From: Paramecium tetraurelia
Taxonomy: Eukaryota
Length of the DNA stretch: 64,000 nucleotides
Direction of reading: 5' to 3'
NCBI GenBank assembly: GCA_000165425.1
Contig: CT868507.1
Coordinates: 372,001-436,000 of the forward strand
Below, one piece after another: positions 30,774 through 43,896 of the stretch. Every line of letters begins with the position of its first letter. Within the stretch, counting starts at the first letter, position 1. The translations under genes and the position numbers were made by a program. Below the pieces are notes generated by a model. It worked only from the letters and a program-made list of their open reading frames with translations. It searched no databases and was not told where the DNA came from.

Positions 30774-31970
30774 TCATCTTGTGACTTGATATGATCTAAT
30801 CTCTTATAAAAAAGCTCTTGCTTCAGGGACCTTGGCGAAGTGATCTCTAACTGGCTAGATTAACTCATTAAGAACTTGGGTGACTGCTGGTTTCAAATCC
30901 CCTGGGTGAAGTGCTCCTGAGACAAATCAGCCTCCAATTTCAGCATAGGATGTATATTCCTTGTCTCCACCATTTTCAGGCTTTCTTAAATTTAGAGTTT
31001 ATTTCTCCATCAAAAAATGATTTCCTTAGTGTTATCCAACACAGGATTATCCTTAATAACTTAAGTTGGCCAATAAGCATACTTTATTATTTTCTTAACA
31101 TCTTCTGCTGAATCTTCCATAAAGATATTTAAATTTAAGTCGAGTTTCGCCATCTTGGGTAGACCCTCAAACAATCCCATCATCATATAATGGAACATAA
31201 TAATTGACTTATAAGCATCTGTTGATTTATCAGCATATTCTCTTGCTAACATATTGACTTTTCTAAAATGAATTTAATAGAATAATTACCTTTAATCCAT
31301 ACCCAATAGCCTCCAAGAAGAAGATGTCGTTGCATTGCATACATGCATAAAATAATTAATCAACAACATTAAATTTACGAGCTAAATCCAACACTCTTAA
31401 CGAATAATCGTTTGGTCTCTTGTTGATTTCATCTGAAGCCATAAGGAACTTTCTCTATTATTATTACTCTTGTATACACGTTATGCATTTTCATCCTTGC
31501 AGCCTTCCTAACTTCAATGAAGTAGTGATCAATATTCTTTAATTTATTCAGATCTCCTCCCATCTTGTTATTAAGCAAGCCGAACCAATCAGCAATCCAA
31601 AAGATGAATATACCATCCTGCATCTACCAAATCTATTCACATTTAATACTCTAAGTAATCCTTGTGCAATGTGCATCCTTCCACTTGGTTCAAATCCATC
31701 ATAGAAGATTGGAAATGTTTTTGTATTTAATAAATTTATTATATCATCTTTGTTGATCAATACTTCTCCGATGGGCTCTAATAATTTGATCTTGTCCTCC
31801 ATTGATAATCTAAGACTAATACTCACGCAACCTACTAGGTCTAGGATTAAATTATATGTTCACATCCTTTATTTCGATATCTTTCAGTTCTTCTCCTTTT
31901 ATTCTTTCTCCTTCTCACCTTATACTTCCCAATTCAACCCTCCAGTTAGTGGATCGACTGTAGCAAACAT
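30774..31970 (-). pseudogene. YARS: Tyrosyl-tRNA synthetase pseudogene
   Basis: Recognisable YDGFEPSGRMHIAQG, WIADWF, YACMQCNDIFFL, GMDQRKVNMLAREY and LHPGDLKP. Disrupted by several frameshifts, an internal deletion, an in-frame TGA (31010-31012) and KMSK changed to KMAK. Confidence 0.88.
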
Positions 31971-31995
31971 TAATAATTAAAACAACTAAATTATA

Positions 31996-32873
31996 TCATT
32001 TAAATATAGTTTATGAAAGAAGTTATTTCACTTTCGAAAATATTTTTAATTACAAAAAATCCTTGACATTTCCCCTTAGATTGTAATCATTTTATTTAAA
32101 AATGTGAACCATGTTTCTGATCTCACTACTTTTACACTTCAATTCCTCTATTATCACACCTAAACTATAACAATCCGCTTTGATATCGTATTCTAGTCCT
32201 TTAAACACTTCTGGTGCCATGTATTGAGGAGTTCCACAAATGGCTTTCATCTTCTCTTTCGTTTTCAACTTAATTGCCAAACCGAAGTCTCCCACTTTTA
32301 TGTGATTCTAGATCATCATGATGTTTTCAGGTTTCACATCTCTATGAAGAATACTTTTATCGTGCAAATACGAAAATGCTTAAAGTATTTCAAAAATTAT
32401 TTATAATTTCTACTCTTCGTTTATTTAATCTAATTTATCATAAAGTTTGTATAATGAAGACTCACAACATTCCAAAATAATGGCCACTTCCTTATCATCA
32501 CTAATCACTCCATAAAATTTCATTATGTTCGGGTGACTCAATTATGATAATATTTTGATCTCCTAAGTTAACAATTTCGAGAGATTAAATTAATTAATGA
32601 TTGACTTCTTTATTATTTTGATCGCAAAAATACAATTGGTTACCCTATCACTATAAAAATCCTTAATAATTATTACACTGCCATATAAACATCACTGTAT
32701 TTGCCTTTGCCCAAAAATTTGATTTTTTGAAACCTGCTAGAGATTTACGAATATTCTCTCCGAGGAGTTGGAGGCAATGGTACAGACCTATTATTGTTGT
32801 TTTTCGTGGTTAGAATGTAAGGCTACCTATTTTCTTAGGTTGGCATTCTAAAATAGGTGTAGTTGGTTAACAT
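31996..32873 (-). CDS. Aurora/Polo-like Ser/Thr kinase (short C-lobe)
   Basis: FLGKGKYSDVY, FAIKII, ILHRDVKPENI, GDFGLA, ICGTPQYMAPE and DCYSLG. One intron near 32651-32677. Confidence 0.85.
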
Positions 32874-32970
32874 TTTATTAAAATTTAATTGTATGTATCA
32901 ACAATTCATTAAAATACACTCGTAATATTTAAGATTATTTAATTATTTAAATTTATTTGCTTCAACACAA

Positions 32971-34185
32971 TCAAGCACAGCCTGGACATACCTTAAATTT
33001 AGAATGGATTAACACATCACAATCTCTAAAATCAGACTTAAAATTTACAAACAGAAAAAGTTTTTGCATCTCTCGCAAGTCGAATGAATTACACTAGTTG
33101 GTTCTAAACATCCCTGACATATGTGATCCAAACCATCATTTATGATTTCAAACACTCCTAAAGTATTGTAACCATCACTTCTGAGAATCTAATGAGGCAG
33201 AACTATCCAAGTCGAACAGATTGGACATAAAAGAGGAGGAGAACAAACCTTGCTATAACACACTGGACATTTATAAAAATTGTATCTATCATTATAATCC
33301 CTAAAACTTACATTATTTCTAAATGACATTAACACAAAGTAGGCTGGCTTACTATAAATTTCTATGGGAATCCAATCTTTACCAATTGTGTAATCATTTT
33401 ATGGTTCTTCGATTCTTATGGTGAAATGAATTTCTTATAGATGAACCAATTTGTTACCTATATTTCTTAGCTGAATTGAAATTCATTAATGGGACACAAA
33501 TATTATCCATCTGTTGCTTAGGTTATCTTAATTAATTGATGTATGGCTCCTGCAAATGATATCATATTGATTTGAATGGCTGCTGATTGGCACTTCTCAC
33601 TCCATTCGTTTAAATCAAGCTTATCATCTGAATATGTCGATGTAGTCACGAACAAAATACTAGATTAGGCATGCAATTATGTAGATGAGAAAACATGTAA
33701 AGCAGTCTAAAGTATTTTCTTTTTGATGATACTTATAAACAGGCTGCCATTGAAAATCCGGCTTCATTTATTGAATGGATTGTTGACAAATATTATTTTA
33801 TGTTTACACAAGATGAAGTAAAATCCAGAATGGTCTTGCATTTATATTCTTCAGCAACTGCTATGCCTATTTGAGATAAAGGGTTGCCCTCAAGAAATTA
33901 CTCTATAAATGACTAATTATGAATTATTGTGTGTTTTTTTACAGGCAAAAACTGCAAGGCCACTGCCAAACGACTTGGTTTAAAATCACTCACTTTGGAT
34001 GATTTGGTTGTGTCTATGATGATTAAGAGATTCCTCATAATGAGCGGGTTTTAAGCAATCAAGAATTAAGCGTCTGATTCCTTCTTCTAATGCAATTTAT
34101 CTTATTCGTAGTTGTGACCGTTGGTTTGATGATTCCTAATTTTCTCTTCATACTCATTGTATTTTGTGTTGCCTTCCAATTCCAT
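32971..34185 (-). CDS. SSL1: TFIIH p44 subunit (Ssl1/GTF2H2)
   Basis: vWA start IMRNLLIIIDTTKSSKVSDFKPSRL, then EGNPLSQIGIA. C-terminal zinc fingers end CEKCKNFFCL..CDVLIH..VCPGCA-TGA. Confidence 0.9.
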
Positions 34186-34252
34186 CTATAAATAAAGAAT
34201 TTATTTTTACCTACATATATTTATTAAAATAATATATAACATTGTCATCACA

Positions 34253-34326
34253 GGTCTCGTAGCTCAGTTGGTTAGAGCGTCAGTCTAATAAGCTGACGGT
34301 CGAGGGTTCGATCCCCTCCGAGACCA
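34253..34326 (+). tRNA. trnI-AAT: tRNA-Ile (anticodon AAT)
   Basis: Acceptor stem GGTCTCG/CGAGACC, D arm AGCTCAGTTGGTTAGAGC, anticodon arm TCAGT-CT AAT AA-GCTGA, T arm GAGGGTTCGATCCCCTC. Confidence 0.97.
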
Positions 34327-34333
34327 TTTTTTT
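34327..34333 (+). terminator. Pol III oligo-T terminator of tRNA-Ile
   Basis: Run of T immediately after the discriminator base. Confidence 0.75.
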
Positions 34334-34380
34334 AATTTAAAATTAATTTATATCTCATTTGTTTATTTATACAGTTTTTT

Positions 34381-35904
34381 TCACATTTGAAGTTTACGAG
34401 AGAGTTCTTCTCATTCTATTTTTAGTTACTAAGTCTCCATATTCCTCCTTTCTATTCAAAAATTTATTGAGCAACTCATTCTTCAGAGGCATCCTCAAAT
34501 TCATTTATTGCTACGATCTCTTAATAGAAAAATCTTCCTTCAATCTCTAAAGACTGAATTACTAAGAACTCGATTTATTCACAGTAGAACGAACAGGACT
34601 GTTAATGATCTATGATCTAATCTATTCATTAGAAAAATGGATCGATTTCTGAGTATTTCTTCTCAATCTATTTTATTTAATAGACTGAGTAACCTAAGCA
34701 GGGTTGGCAAAACAATTAAAATTATTAATTAGTGATTCGTTTAGTTCTTCTGAATTGTTCGATTGGGATTGATGGATTGAATTGATTGAATGAGTCGATC
34801 GTATTTTGTTCTTTTACACAATCGGTTGTCTCTGTTATAGATCAAGATCTTCATGACTTTTCCTAAAATTATAATGTCTTGAAAGAGGTTTTTTGATCAT
34901 GATCTCCCCAGTCAAGGATATCTTGTTGTTGAAGAATTTCTCATTCTTTGATCCTTGAGTTTTGAGTTTATTTGGGAGATTGTCCTCAATAGAAGGCAAT
35001 ACCTTGTCCTTGAAATAATCATAATCAAAGATTAGTAATTGACCTTCCTCACTAATGCAAAAGGCAGTTCCATTACACAATGACGTTTTATTGTTCAATT
35101 CATTTTCTCCAATCAATTGTCCTTATGTGAAGATGTGAACTGCTTTTGCAACTCCTTTTTCTAGTTCCCTTAATTCGAAAATCCCTTTTATAACCAAATA
35201 AATTTATTTGATCATCTGCTCCTATAAATAAACGATATCTAGGCATTGGAATATCTGCGACATGGAATTGGCATAGAACTTGCGCACTTAGGCGTAAGGG
35301 ACATTCTTGAAGATTGGGAAGGCATACAATTGGGAGATCTCCTTAGTTATGCGACTAACTTCAAAAGTCATTAGATTGACTCTGAAGTCATGCTTTGAAA
35401 TTGCTGCGACTTTACAGGCAGTTTTAGATGTAACATTCCAATCTGATCTAAAATCATGAATGTATACATGTCAGAATAGCATTCACTTCCAAAAATAAGG
35501 AGATTCGATCCAAAGTGTTTCAGATGAATCATCTCTTGGTTTCCCTTGTTAAAAACTACATCCCCTGACAAAATGATTATCAGTTTATTTTAATCCAATT
35601 AATTTTTTGAGAATATCACTTAATTTTTTTGGAACTATTCGAATCTCATCAACTATCGCATGATGAAAAGACTTACTTGACAACACTCTATAAGAAATTC
35701 ATTGTCAGAGGTTCTAAAGAATTCGTGTCCTCTCAACAATTAACCTAACTTCTCATTCTCTTATTCTAGCCGTATGGTTGGATCCTTCAATAATAATTGT
35801 ATGCATTGTTGGCTGGTTTGTTGATTTCTCGTATACAACAAATCTGGTCGTTAGAGTTTCTCAAAATGAATATCTGTAATCGTAGATTAATTGTTTTTTT
35901 TCAT
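34381..35904 (-). CDS. Cyclic-nucleotide-binding-like domain protein
   Basis: LLLKDPTIRLEQENEKLGQLLRGHEFF preamble. Two degenerate cNMP-like domains: LIIILSGDV..FGSEC, and QIYLVIKGIF..GQLIGENEL..TAFCISEEGQLL. Confidence 0.65.
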
Positions 35905-36267
35905 TTAATTATTAAATTAAAGGTTATCATAAAGTTTTTATGCAAATTTGAAAGAGACCAAGTCTCATTACACAAGTAGATTGAAGAATAAGTTGCAATT
36001 CCATACATTTAATAGTTAACTACATATTATATTATTATGTAAAATTTTTACTCATTTAAACTTGATAAAAACATTAGAGCAGATGAACCATTGCCATTCT
36101 ATTTGATCTCTATGTGCATTCAGCATTTGAGCAGAAGTGTTATTGTAATTGGATTGGTTCTTCTATTTGAATTATTAATTTTCCATTACAACTAGTAAAA
36201 ATTGCACAATTGCAATCCAAGTCTTCTTTACTTCACAATGAATGTGTAATTAATTTGATTATAATAA

Positions 36268-36723
36268 TCAATAATAATATCTGGATGGATATCTGGAATA
36301 TCTGCTGTAGGCTAATGAATTTGACAATGGCTAGCGAACCACACTGGATCTCTCGACTGGAACATAGTCAACTGCTTCGTCGTATCTCTCAATTGGCACA
36401 TATTCAACTCTTCGTTCAAGTCTTGGGACTGGGACATAATCTCTGTAATGTTCGACTTAATAATTCCAATGATTTCCTACTTTCCACATAGTCTGTGTAT
36501 CTTCTCTCGACTGGCTTGTATTCAATTCTTTGTTCTGGAACATACTCTGTGTATCTCTATTCGACAGGGATTCTTTCTACCCAGGAGTTGCCTGATTTGT
36601 TTAACAAAGGAGTTTACCTCTTGGTGGTGTGGATGTGTAATATGGGGAGGAGACATATGAACGGGTGGGTGAATACTAATATGGTCTGGCATAGGATCTG
36701 TATGGTGAATAGAGATAACTCAT
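36268..36723 (-). CDS. EPI: Epiplasmin (cortical membrane-skeleton protein)
   Basis: Y/S/P/R-rich ends flank the central repeats ERIPVEQRYTEYVPEQRIEYKPVERRYTDYVE..DYVPVPRLERRVEYVPIERYDEAVDYVPVER. Two introns of about 25 nt. Confidence 0.88.
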
Positions 36724-36759
36724 TTAAAACAAAATAAAATTTTATTGAAAGTTAATTCA

Positions 36760-39700
36760 ATGTCCATTAAAGACATTTAAAAACTATAATCTCTATTTCA
36801 AATTAATAACAGCGTAGTTTAAGAATATCTAGGAATCAGGTCCATAAATTAGACTCTAATTGATTAAGTATTGCCCAAATGATTACATTTGTAGTTGGTG
36901 AATTGCGATAGTGCTAATGAGGTTCAGAAAATCAAAAGAATCGAAGGCTGCAAAGATTGGGACAAATTAAAACAGAAACTGGTACCCTACTTTGTGGCAT
37001 CCCAATTGACTTATGGCAAACCGATTCACAAATACATCCAATAAGCACATGAAGACTTACTAATCAAATACCATATTTTCTATGAAGGTTTAATTGAATT
37101 TCAAACTTGTTCCATGTTAAATCAATATCTCATACTCAAACACAAATTGCTAAGAGACGATTAGGATCTCAAAATTGAATTTCGCAAATTAATCAACACA
37201 CTCATTTGGAAGACCAATCAATTGCATTTTGTAATTCGAATTATTATCGGTTACATTGCCTATGCTAAAATAAGTAAGCAAATAGGTAATGTCGAAAGAG
37301 TCTTCGAATAAATAGCTAAGTTAATTGAGATATCGCTTAAAAACGGAGCAAATTACCATCATTTGTTATTCAAAACAGATGTTCAACTGTTCTCCTCCTA
37401 TTGGAACAAAATTATCAAAGTCAGTAAGAACGATACCAATGCTCTCATCTTAGAGTAATTGTTATAATAGGCTTAATTCTACTTCAATGATTACAACTTT
37501 TAGAGTGATATCGTTAAAGAATTATAAATGTTGCAGAAAGCGAAATATTCCATTGCTTCGATTTCCAGAGTAAATGAAGACACAAAGCCCAAAAGCAAGG
37601 GGAAAAAACCAATCTTATAAATTAATAATTTGATGCCTGAAGAATTCCAAAAGGAATCTTCCAAAACTACTAACAGATATTTGGATTTAGGTAAAATAGT
37701 TAAAACAGAACAAACTCAAGCAACAGTCACAAGTAAACGAATTATTAAGACTTCTGCCTCTAAGCTTCTTAATTCTCAGTATAAACATATTGAAGAAGAT
37801 CCAATCTTCTAAATTCAAATTGAAAATTATCACATCAATAAGATAGTGAGAAAAGGGTGCTTTAAAATTTAAAAACCAGTAACCTTGTCTACTTGCACTT
37901 GTATACTTTTCTTAATATCATAGAAAGATACAAAACCTAGCCTACCGCTTAAGAAGATTTGCCTTTGCTTACATTCTAAGATTTTGAGCGGGATCACCAA
38001 GACTCAATACTAGAATTACCATCCCCAGTCAAACCAGCCACTGAATCAGAACAAAAGATATCAGGGAGAGAACATAGCATCACCCATTCTTAATCGTCTC
38101 AAGGAAAAATTGATAAACTGAATAATCTTAGCAACCCCTATAAATTAAAGAATTTGATCGGTTCTAGATTTCAATAAATCCTGGATATAGCCTAACTTAG
38201 TGCATCTTCGACTCCCAGGAATGCTGATCTAGGTAAATCCATAAGAAGATAAAAAACTATTTCAATAAAGAAAGAACACAAGGAATTTCAATAATAACCG
38301 CAGTAACAACTCTCCATTCCCGAAATCCAATAAATACAATCCTGTAAAGAGCAGGATGCATAAACTACAGAAAGAAGAAGAAGTGGTATGGTAGTTAGTT
38401 CACCTGATGCAGCATCCCAAATTAGTTAAGCCATTCAAAAATCTAGTCTTATTGAGAGTGTCACTGCGAAATCATAGATAATAATTGCAATACCATAATC
38501 AGTTTAATAGTAGGCATAATCATCGCAATAGCAAAATCCATCAATCAATGTAAAAAGGCCTTAGAGAAGGAATCTATTAACATTAAGAACTGCAACTACT
38601 TTTTTCATGGAGTAATCCAACGCTTACATTCCAAAATTCCAATTCTCATTGTGCTATCACAACAGAACGATTTTATGGCAATGTGGTTTATAAATAACAT
38701 CCTCTGAGAACATTCTTATTGGATTTTAAGATACAACAAATAATAAAATTGTGTACAGGGCAAAGCTGTAAAATATAAAAATTGAAAATACTAAGAATTG
38801 GGCTTAAATCATTGAAGCCTTTGTGAACGAATATCAATTATAAACGTCTCAGTGTTTGCCTTATTTACACTTTAACTCAATAATGAGTGACAGGAAAAGC
38901 GATAATTACAACTTTATCAAGTTTCCAAACTATCAATTTGAACTTGCTAAAAATGAAATAGAACAAATGGGAATCTTGAAGGATTTATTTAGATGGATGT
39001 ATACCACTTATTTATATGAATAAATCAATATCACAGGCATTAGATTAAAATTGTACACAGTAGAGAAAGACAAAACTCTGAATGCATATAGAGAATTAAT
39101 TAATGTAGTAAATCTTTACAGAAGAATGATAATACAGTCAACTCTTAGCGACGAGAAGGAGAATTTCCACTTATTAGTTTGTAGCTACGGAGGTATTATA
39201 TTATTTGGTATAATTAATAGAGTGTATAAAAAACAATATCATTCTTTTGAATAGGATACTCAACTTTAAGATCAACAAATAAAAGGAATAATAGTATATG
39301 ATACACAAGCAATTGGTAAGTCTTAGAAATTTAAGCATAACTAATGATGAAGATAACATATTTTTCATAATCAGAGTCAGTATTATATTTTAGAAAGAGA
39401 AGTATTACTATATTATAATGAATTAGTATCCTGTATTATAAAAAAAATGATTACCATACAAAGTATTAAGTGGATGTACTATTTGAGGCAATCAATAGTC
39501 CATTAAAGATCAAACCACTCAGATTGTAATTCGATGCTATCGAAAAGATCTTAGAGAAGAGATATCACAATAATCTAAAATAGATAATAAATTAAATACT
39601 GTTCTCTTAAAGGAAATGCTTGACTATGTTCTATGAATTTATAGATCAAAAATTGATGATTAATGAATAAAAGTAGTTATAGGTTAGAATGAACATCTTT

Positions 39701-42466
39701 TCGTTGCATGATGCTTAAAAAATGGAGGCTTGCGGAATGAAATTAGGTTTCCTCATTGATTTACAGACTAAGGTAAAACCATTTGCTATTACTGAAATCG
39801 AACGATACATCTATGATGACACCTAAAAGAAATTAGATTATCAGTCCAAATCATAGACTATCCACAATAGAGAACATCTGTTCGATAAGCATTTCGCATA
39901 GATATTTGGAGAGGATATTACGAATAATGAATAACAACATTTCCATCAAACTACTTTAATTGACTTGGTCAAACGATACTAATCAAATATTAACACTGAG
40001 GCAAAACAGGAAATAGACACAAAGAAGGTTGGTCCCATTGTAATATATTAAGAGAATCCATTTACTGATGTGCATATTGATGATTTGGAAAAGTTGGAAT
40101 CTTAATTTTTTAGTAAGAAAAACTTAAAACTCAGCTAAATTTAAAAATATAGAATAAAATTAAAGCATCTTTCCATTCAAATATCCATCGTTCACAAATA
40201 AATAATATTGATTTATCATTGCAATTAACGATTGTAAAGATTACAAATCAACCCTACTGATGAAGAAGACAATATATTGTCTAACATAGTGTAACTTATA
40301 CAGAATGGCCCTACTTGTTGGATCCTTTAAATGCTGTATAAGAAAGTAAGTCAAAGAGCCTTAAAGTAATCTTTCATTAGCTCCTAATTATCTGATGGGT
40401 TTGAATTATTGAAATATAAGAAATCGAAAAGCTAATTGGCCGAGATTCCTTCGTATAATGTGTTACATTACTACATCTTAAACAACTATGTGGTACTATT
40501 AAAATATTTTACTCTTAAATAATTTGTGATAGTTCAGAAGATTAAAAATTATGGAAAATACTAGATAACTATTAAGGTGTTCTTTAGATGTCAAAAACCA
40601 GATATATTGGCTGAGAATGATTACTTTTTAATGAGAATAGACTTCTAAAACATCATATTAAAGACGGGAATGATGAAAATGATCTTTAATAAATATGATA
40701 TCACTGAGATGTTGAAAATAGAGATACCATAGAGTATGACAGATGCAAATATTGTTTAAACTGCCATGAACATATTTCAGAAATGTCACTTAGGAACATT
40801 TACATTAAGTTAGGTTCCATTCTTTGCAGCTAATCAAGATGATCAAAAATAGAATGAAAGTTAAATAACACATAATTCATATGAGGATCATTCAACCAAA
40901 CTTACAGTTCAATAAATTAGAAGGATCGGCAATTTCCCTGAAAATACAACTTTCAAGAAATCTGATCTCTGCAAAGGCTTCTTAGAACATTATATCAAAA
41001 ACAGTAGATTAATTATTACTCACATCAAGAAGTCCTACTTGATACATTCAATATCAACTGGTCAATTAATTAAAATATCAAACAATAAGGTTACTTAATT
41101 ATTGAATGATTAATAATAAATTACAGATTATGTTATAATCTAAATCTTCAGACACTTATTACTGGACATTTGGATTGTCAAGATTTATATTCCAAAGACA
41201 ACTAGATAAATGTTAGGTCTGTTGAGATCAGAAGACTTCAAAGAGAATGATGGCAAGGATTTGATGGATAGTCTCATCATTTACAAAAAGCAAACCATCA
41301 TGAGTTTTAAAGATTTAGATTCATTTTCAGATATCACACCTAGATAAAGTGTTAATCTCTAAAAGCAAAACCATCGATGGAGCTAATATAAAATATCATA
41401 GTTCCATTCTCCAGCTGTCTCGAGTATCTAGGTATAAAATCAAATTGGGTAATCCCCGACCACTTCATACTATCTCAATGAGTTCTTATGCCTTACTAAA
41501 TTGGTTACTGATTTTACAGAATATCATTTAGATAATGGAAATAAGGAGTAGTATATTGTTAAGGAAAAATTAATTTGGGTTAACATAATCAACAACAATT
41601 TTTCATTAGAATAACATCCCAAGTAATAAAATTGCTTTTTGTCCCTCTTATTTGATCAGAAGGAGATCAATCTCTAGGAACTCCTATTTTAACGTTACAT
41701 TAGAATTGAAAGAGTTGGCGAATCGCACATTGAGTTTTACATGAAGTATTCATAAAAGGCTGATCAACTAAAGGGTATTGCTCTTCTTAAAGGGAAAATT
41801 AACCAATTAAATTTACATAATAACAAATTCCCTGGTATTATAAGTGAAGCAAAATTGAATGAGGAGTAGATTAAATTCTTAAAACGTACTTGTATTTTCT
41901 TCCCATTTGATGCCATTAGCTATGCCAATACATCCAATTTCAATATTGAATTGAAGTACTTCTCATATAATAAATTTACTGAAGTCAAAGAGCAAATCAA
42001 TTTAAGAGAATTACTCAATTTGTATATAGCAGATGGCTTTTATAAATATTAAACTAACTATATGAATTCTAAACTCAATCATTCAGATATTATCAGTATA
42101 TGCTATTATATGATACATAAAATTAAAACGCAGAACTTTTTAAATTTAAGTCAGTATCATACAATCCCAAATTTGAACTAATTAAAAACTCAGAAATAAT
42201 CTAAAACAATATAAAAACCAATTAGATTATAAATCAAGACCTTCAAAAAACCATACATTTTTATAATCTCATTACTTTACAAAGAACTTTAAGTCACTTG
42301 TATAAATTGGAAAACTTGTCATCAAATAAATGAAGTATTTTAGTTTAGTTACTTAAACAAGCATATAATGCATTTCGAGCTTTTACTCGAAAACTAACCT
42401 AAAATAGCATTATAAAAGATAGAAAAAATAATTGATAAAATAATGAATATTATATTAATAAAATGA
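36760..42466 (+). CDS. Large hypothetical protein (about 1,850 aa)
   Basis: Long TGA-free frame with several 21-27-nt introns. No recognisable domain. The middle part was spot-checked rather than fully translated. Confidence 0.65.
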
Positions 42467-42910
42467 ATTTGTTATATTAAATATTGATGCAGTCCTATTA
42501 AAGATCTGAAATTTAATAAAGATACCTCCCTGTATTTGAATGAGATTAAGTGCTAAAAGTCAAATTAATGGATAGTACATCTTTAATATGAATAGAAGAA
42601 AATCTATTCGTTATGATAGTAGTAATTTAGTATTAGGATTTTGAAGATTAAAGAACTAAGAACTTAGAACATAATTGATCCTTAAGATGATTTTATATTT
42701 AGATGTTATAAGAGTTAAAATAACATATTTTTCAATTCTATTCTCCAAAATCAAATTTTAGGATCTAATAATTGCTTGTCGATCCAAATTCTATTATATA
42801 TGATTGGATTTACTACTTCTATTACTGTATTCGATGAAACAATCATAAAATAAGATTTATGCAATTGTATATTGAAAGGTACTTGGTGTTTTGGCATAGT
42901 AGTAGATTGA
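42463..42910 (+). CDS. Possible short hypothetical gene, or detached 3' end of the preceding gene
   Basis: Open frame ...KKIYSIRILKIKELRTQNIIDPQDDF...GTWCFGIVVD-TGA with plausible tiny introns. The junction at 42430-42466 has TGA in all three frames. Confidence 0.35.
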
Positions 42911-43252
42911 ATTATTTATGTACGAATAACTAATGTGAAAGATTTTCATGTAATTATTATTATTATTAGTAACTACATTAAATAGATCTAGTATTAAGAA
43001 TAGAATAAATGGATAGGATAAAATGTGTTTTGGTAGAATGATTTTTCAATAATTGTGATTGAGAATGTCCATCAGAAAATTGAATTTATAACATGCATCC
43101 TGTCAAATATATCAATACCAAATAAGCTGTTGTGCAAATTCTGCAATTTATTAAATAATAAGGTGAAAAAAGTTAGAGAAAGAGTGATACAAGGCAATAA
43201 AGTTAGTGAAATTTTATTTTTGATAATATTGTTGTTCTAATGATATTTGCTT

Positions 43253-43896
43253 TCAATTGTGGAAATTCCAAATCATGAATCCTGTTGTTCCCATAAAGGC
43301 AGCCCACCCCCAAAGTTCATAGAATCCTCTAAAACCATCATGATATTGACGAATCACTTATCTTGAAATTCAACTACTTTAATACCTGTGTGTGCCATTA
43401 CAGAAGGGAGCATTTGCACTCTGTTTGCAATTACACAATTTATAATATCCAGAAGTATCGACATTAAATTTAATTGGTCTATTTCTAGTTACTGAGGCAT
43501 TGCACATTCCATCACACCAAGGATTCGATTATGAAATGCCGCATGAACACCATTGGTAAATCTTGATATAGCGAATTCAAAATACCTTTCCCTTCTAAAG
43601 ATAGCAATTATAAGGATAGAAACCAGCAACATAAGGCACTGATGCAGGACGGTACTTTCCTTCAGGATATGGGATGGATTCGGGTAGAAGTACGAATTTT
43701 TACTCTGGGAAATCAGTAATATCATCTGGCTTTCTCTCTTTTCTTGCTATATTTATATATGCTAACATTAATTACGTGGAGGTGGAGTAATGATCTCAGG
43801 TGGTAGTGTATATGGATCACGTAAATGGGCTTCCCCATGTTGGAGTATTGTAGATACAGTTCTGTATTTAGTTGCCTTCTTCAAGATTTAAGACAT
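43253..43896 (-). CDS. CDGSH 2Fe-2S protein (CISD3/MiNT-like, two CDGSH-type motifs) with C-terminal TM helix
   Basis: QWCSCGISQSNPWCDGMC and KLCNCKQSANAPFCNGTH. Three small introns. C-terminal LWGWAAFMGTTGFMIW. Confidence 0.85.

Noticed and set aside
35905..36267. Open frames on both strands between the cNMP gene and epiplasmin, including a TGA next to an intron-like segment (selenocysteine considered)
   Set aside because: Open frames are expected by chance with a single stop codon. No homology and no SECIS-like hairpin seen.
42915..43245. Possible gene remnant
   Set aside because: Multiple TGAs and no recognisable motif.
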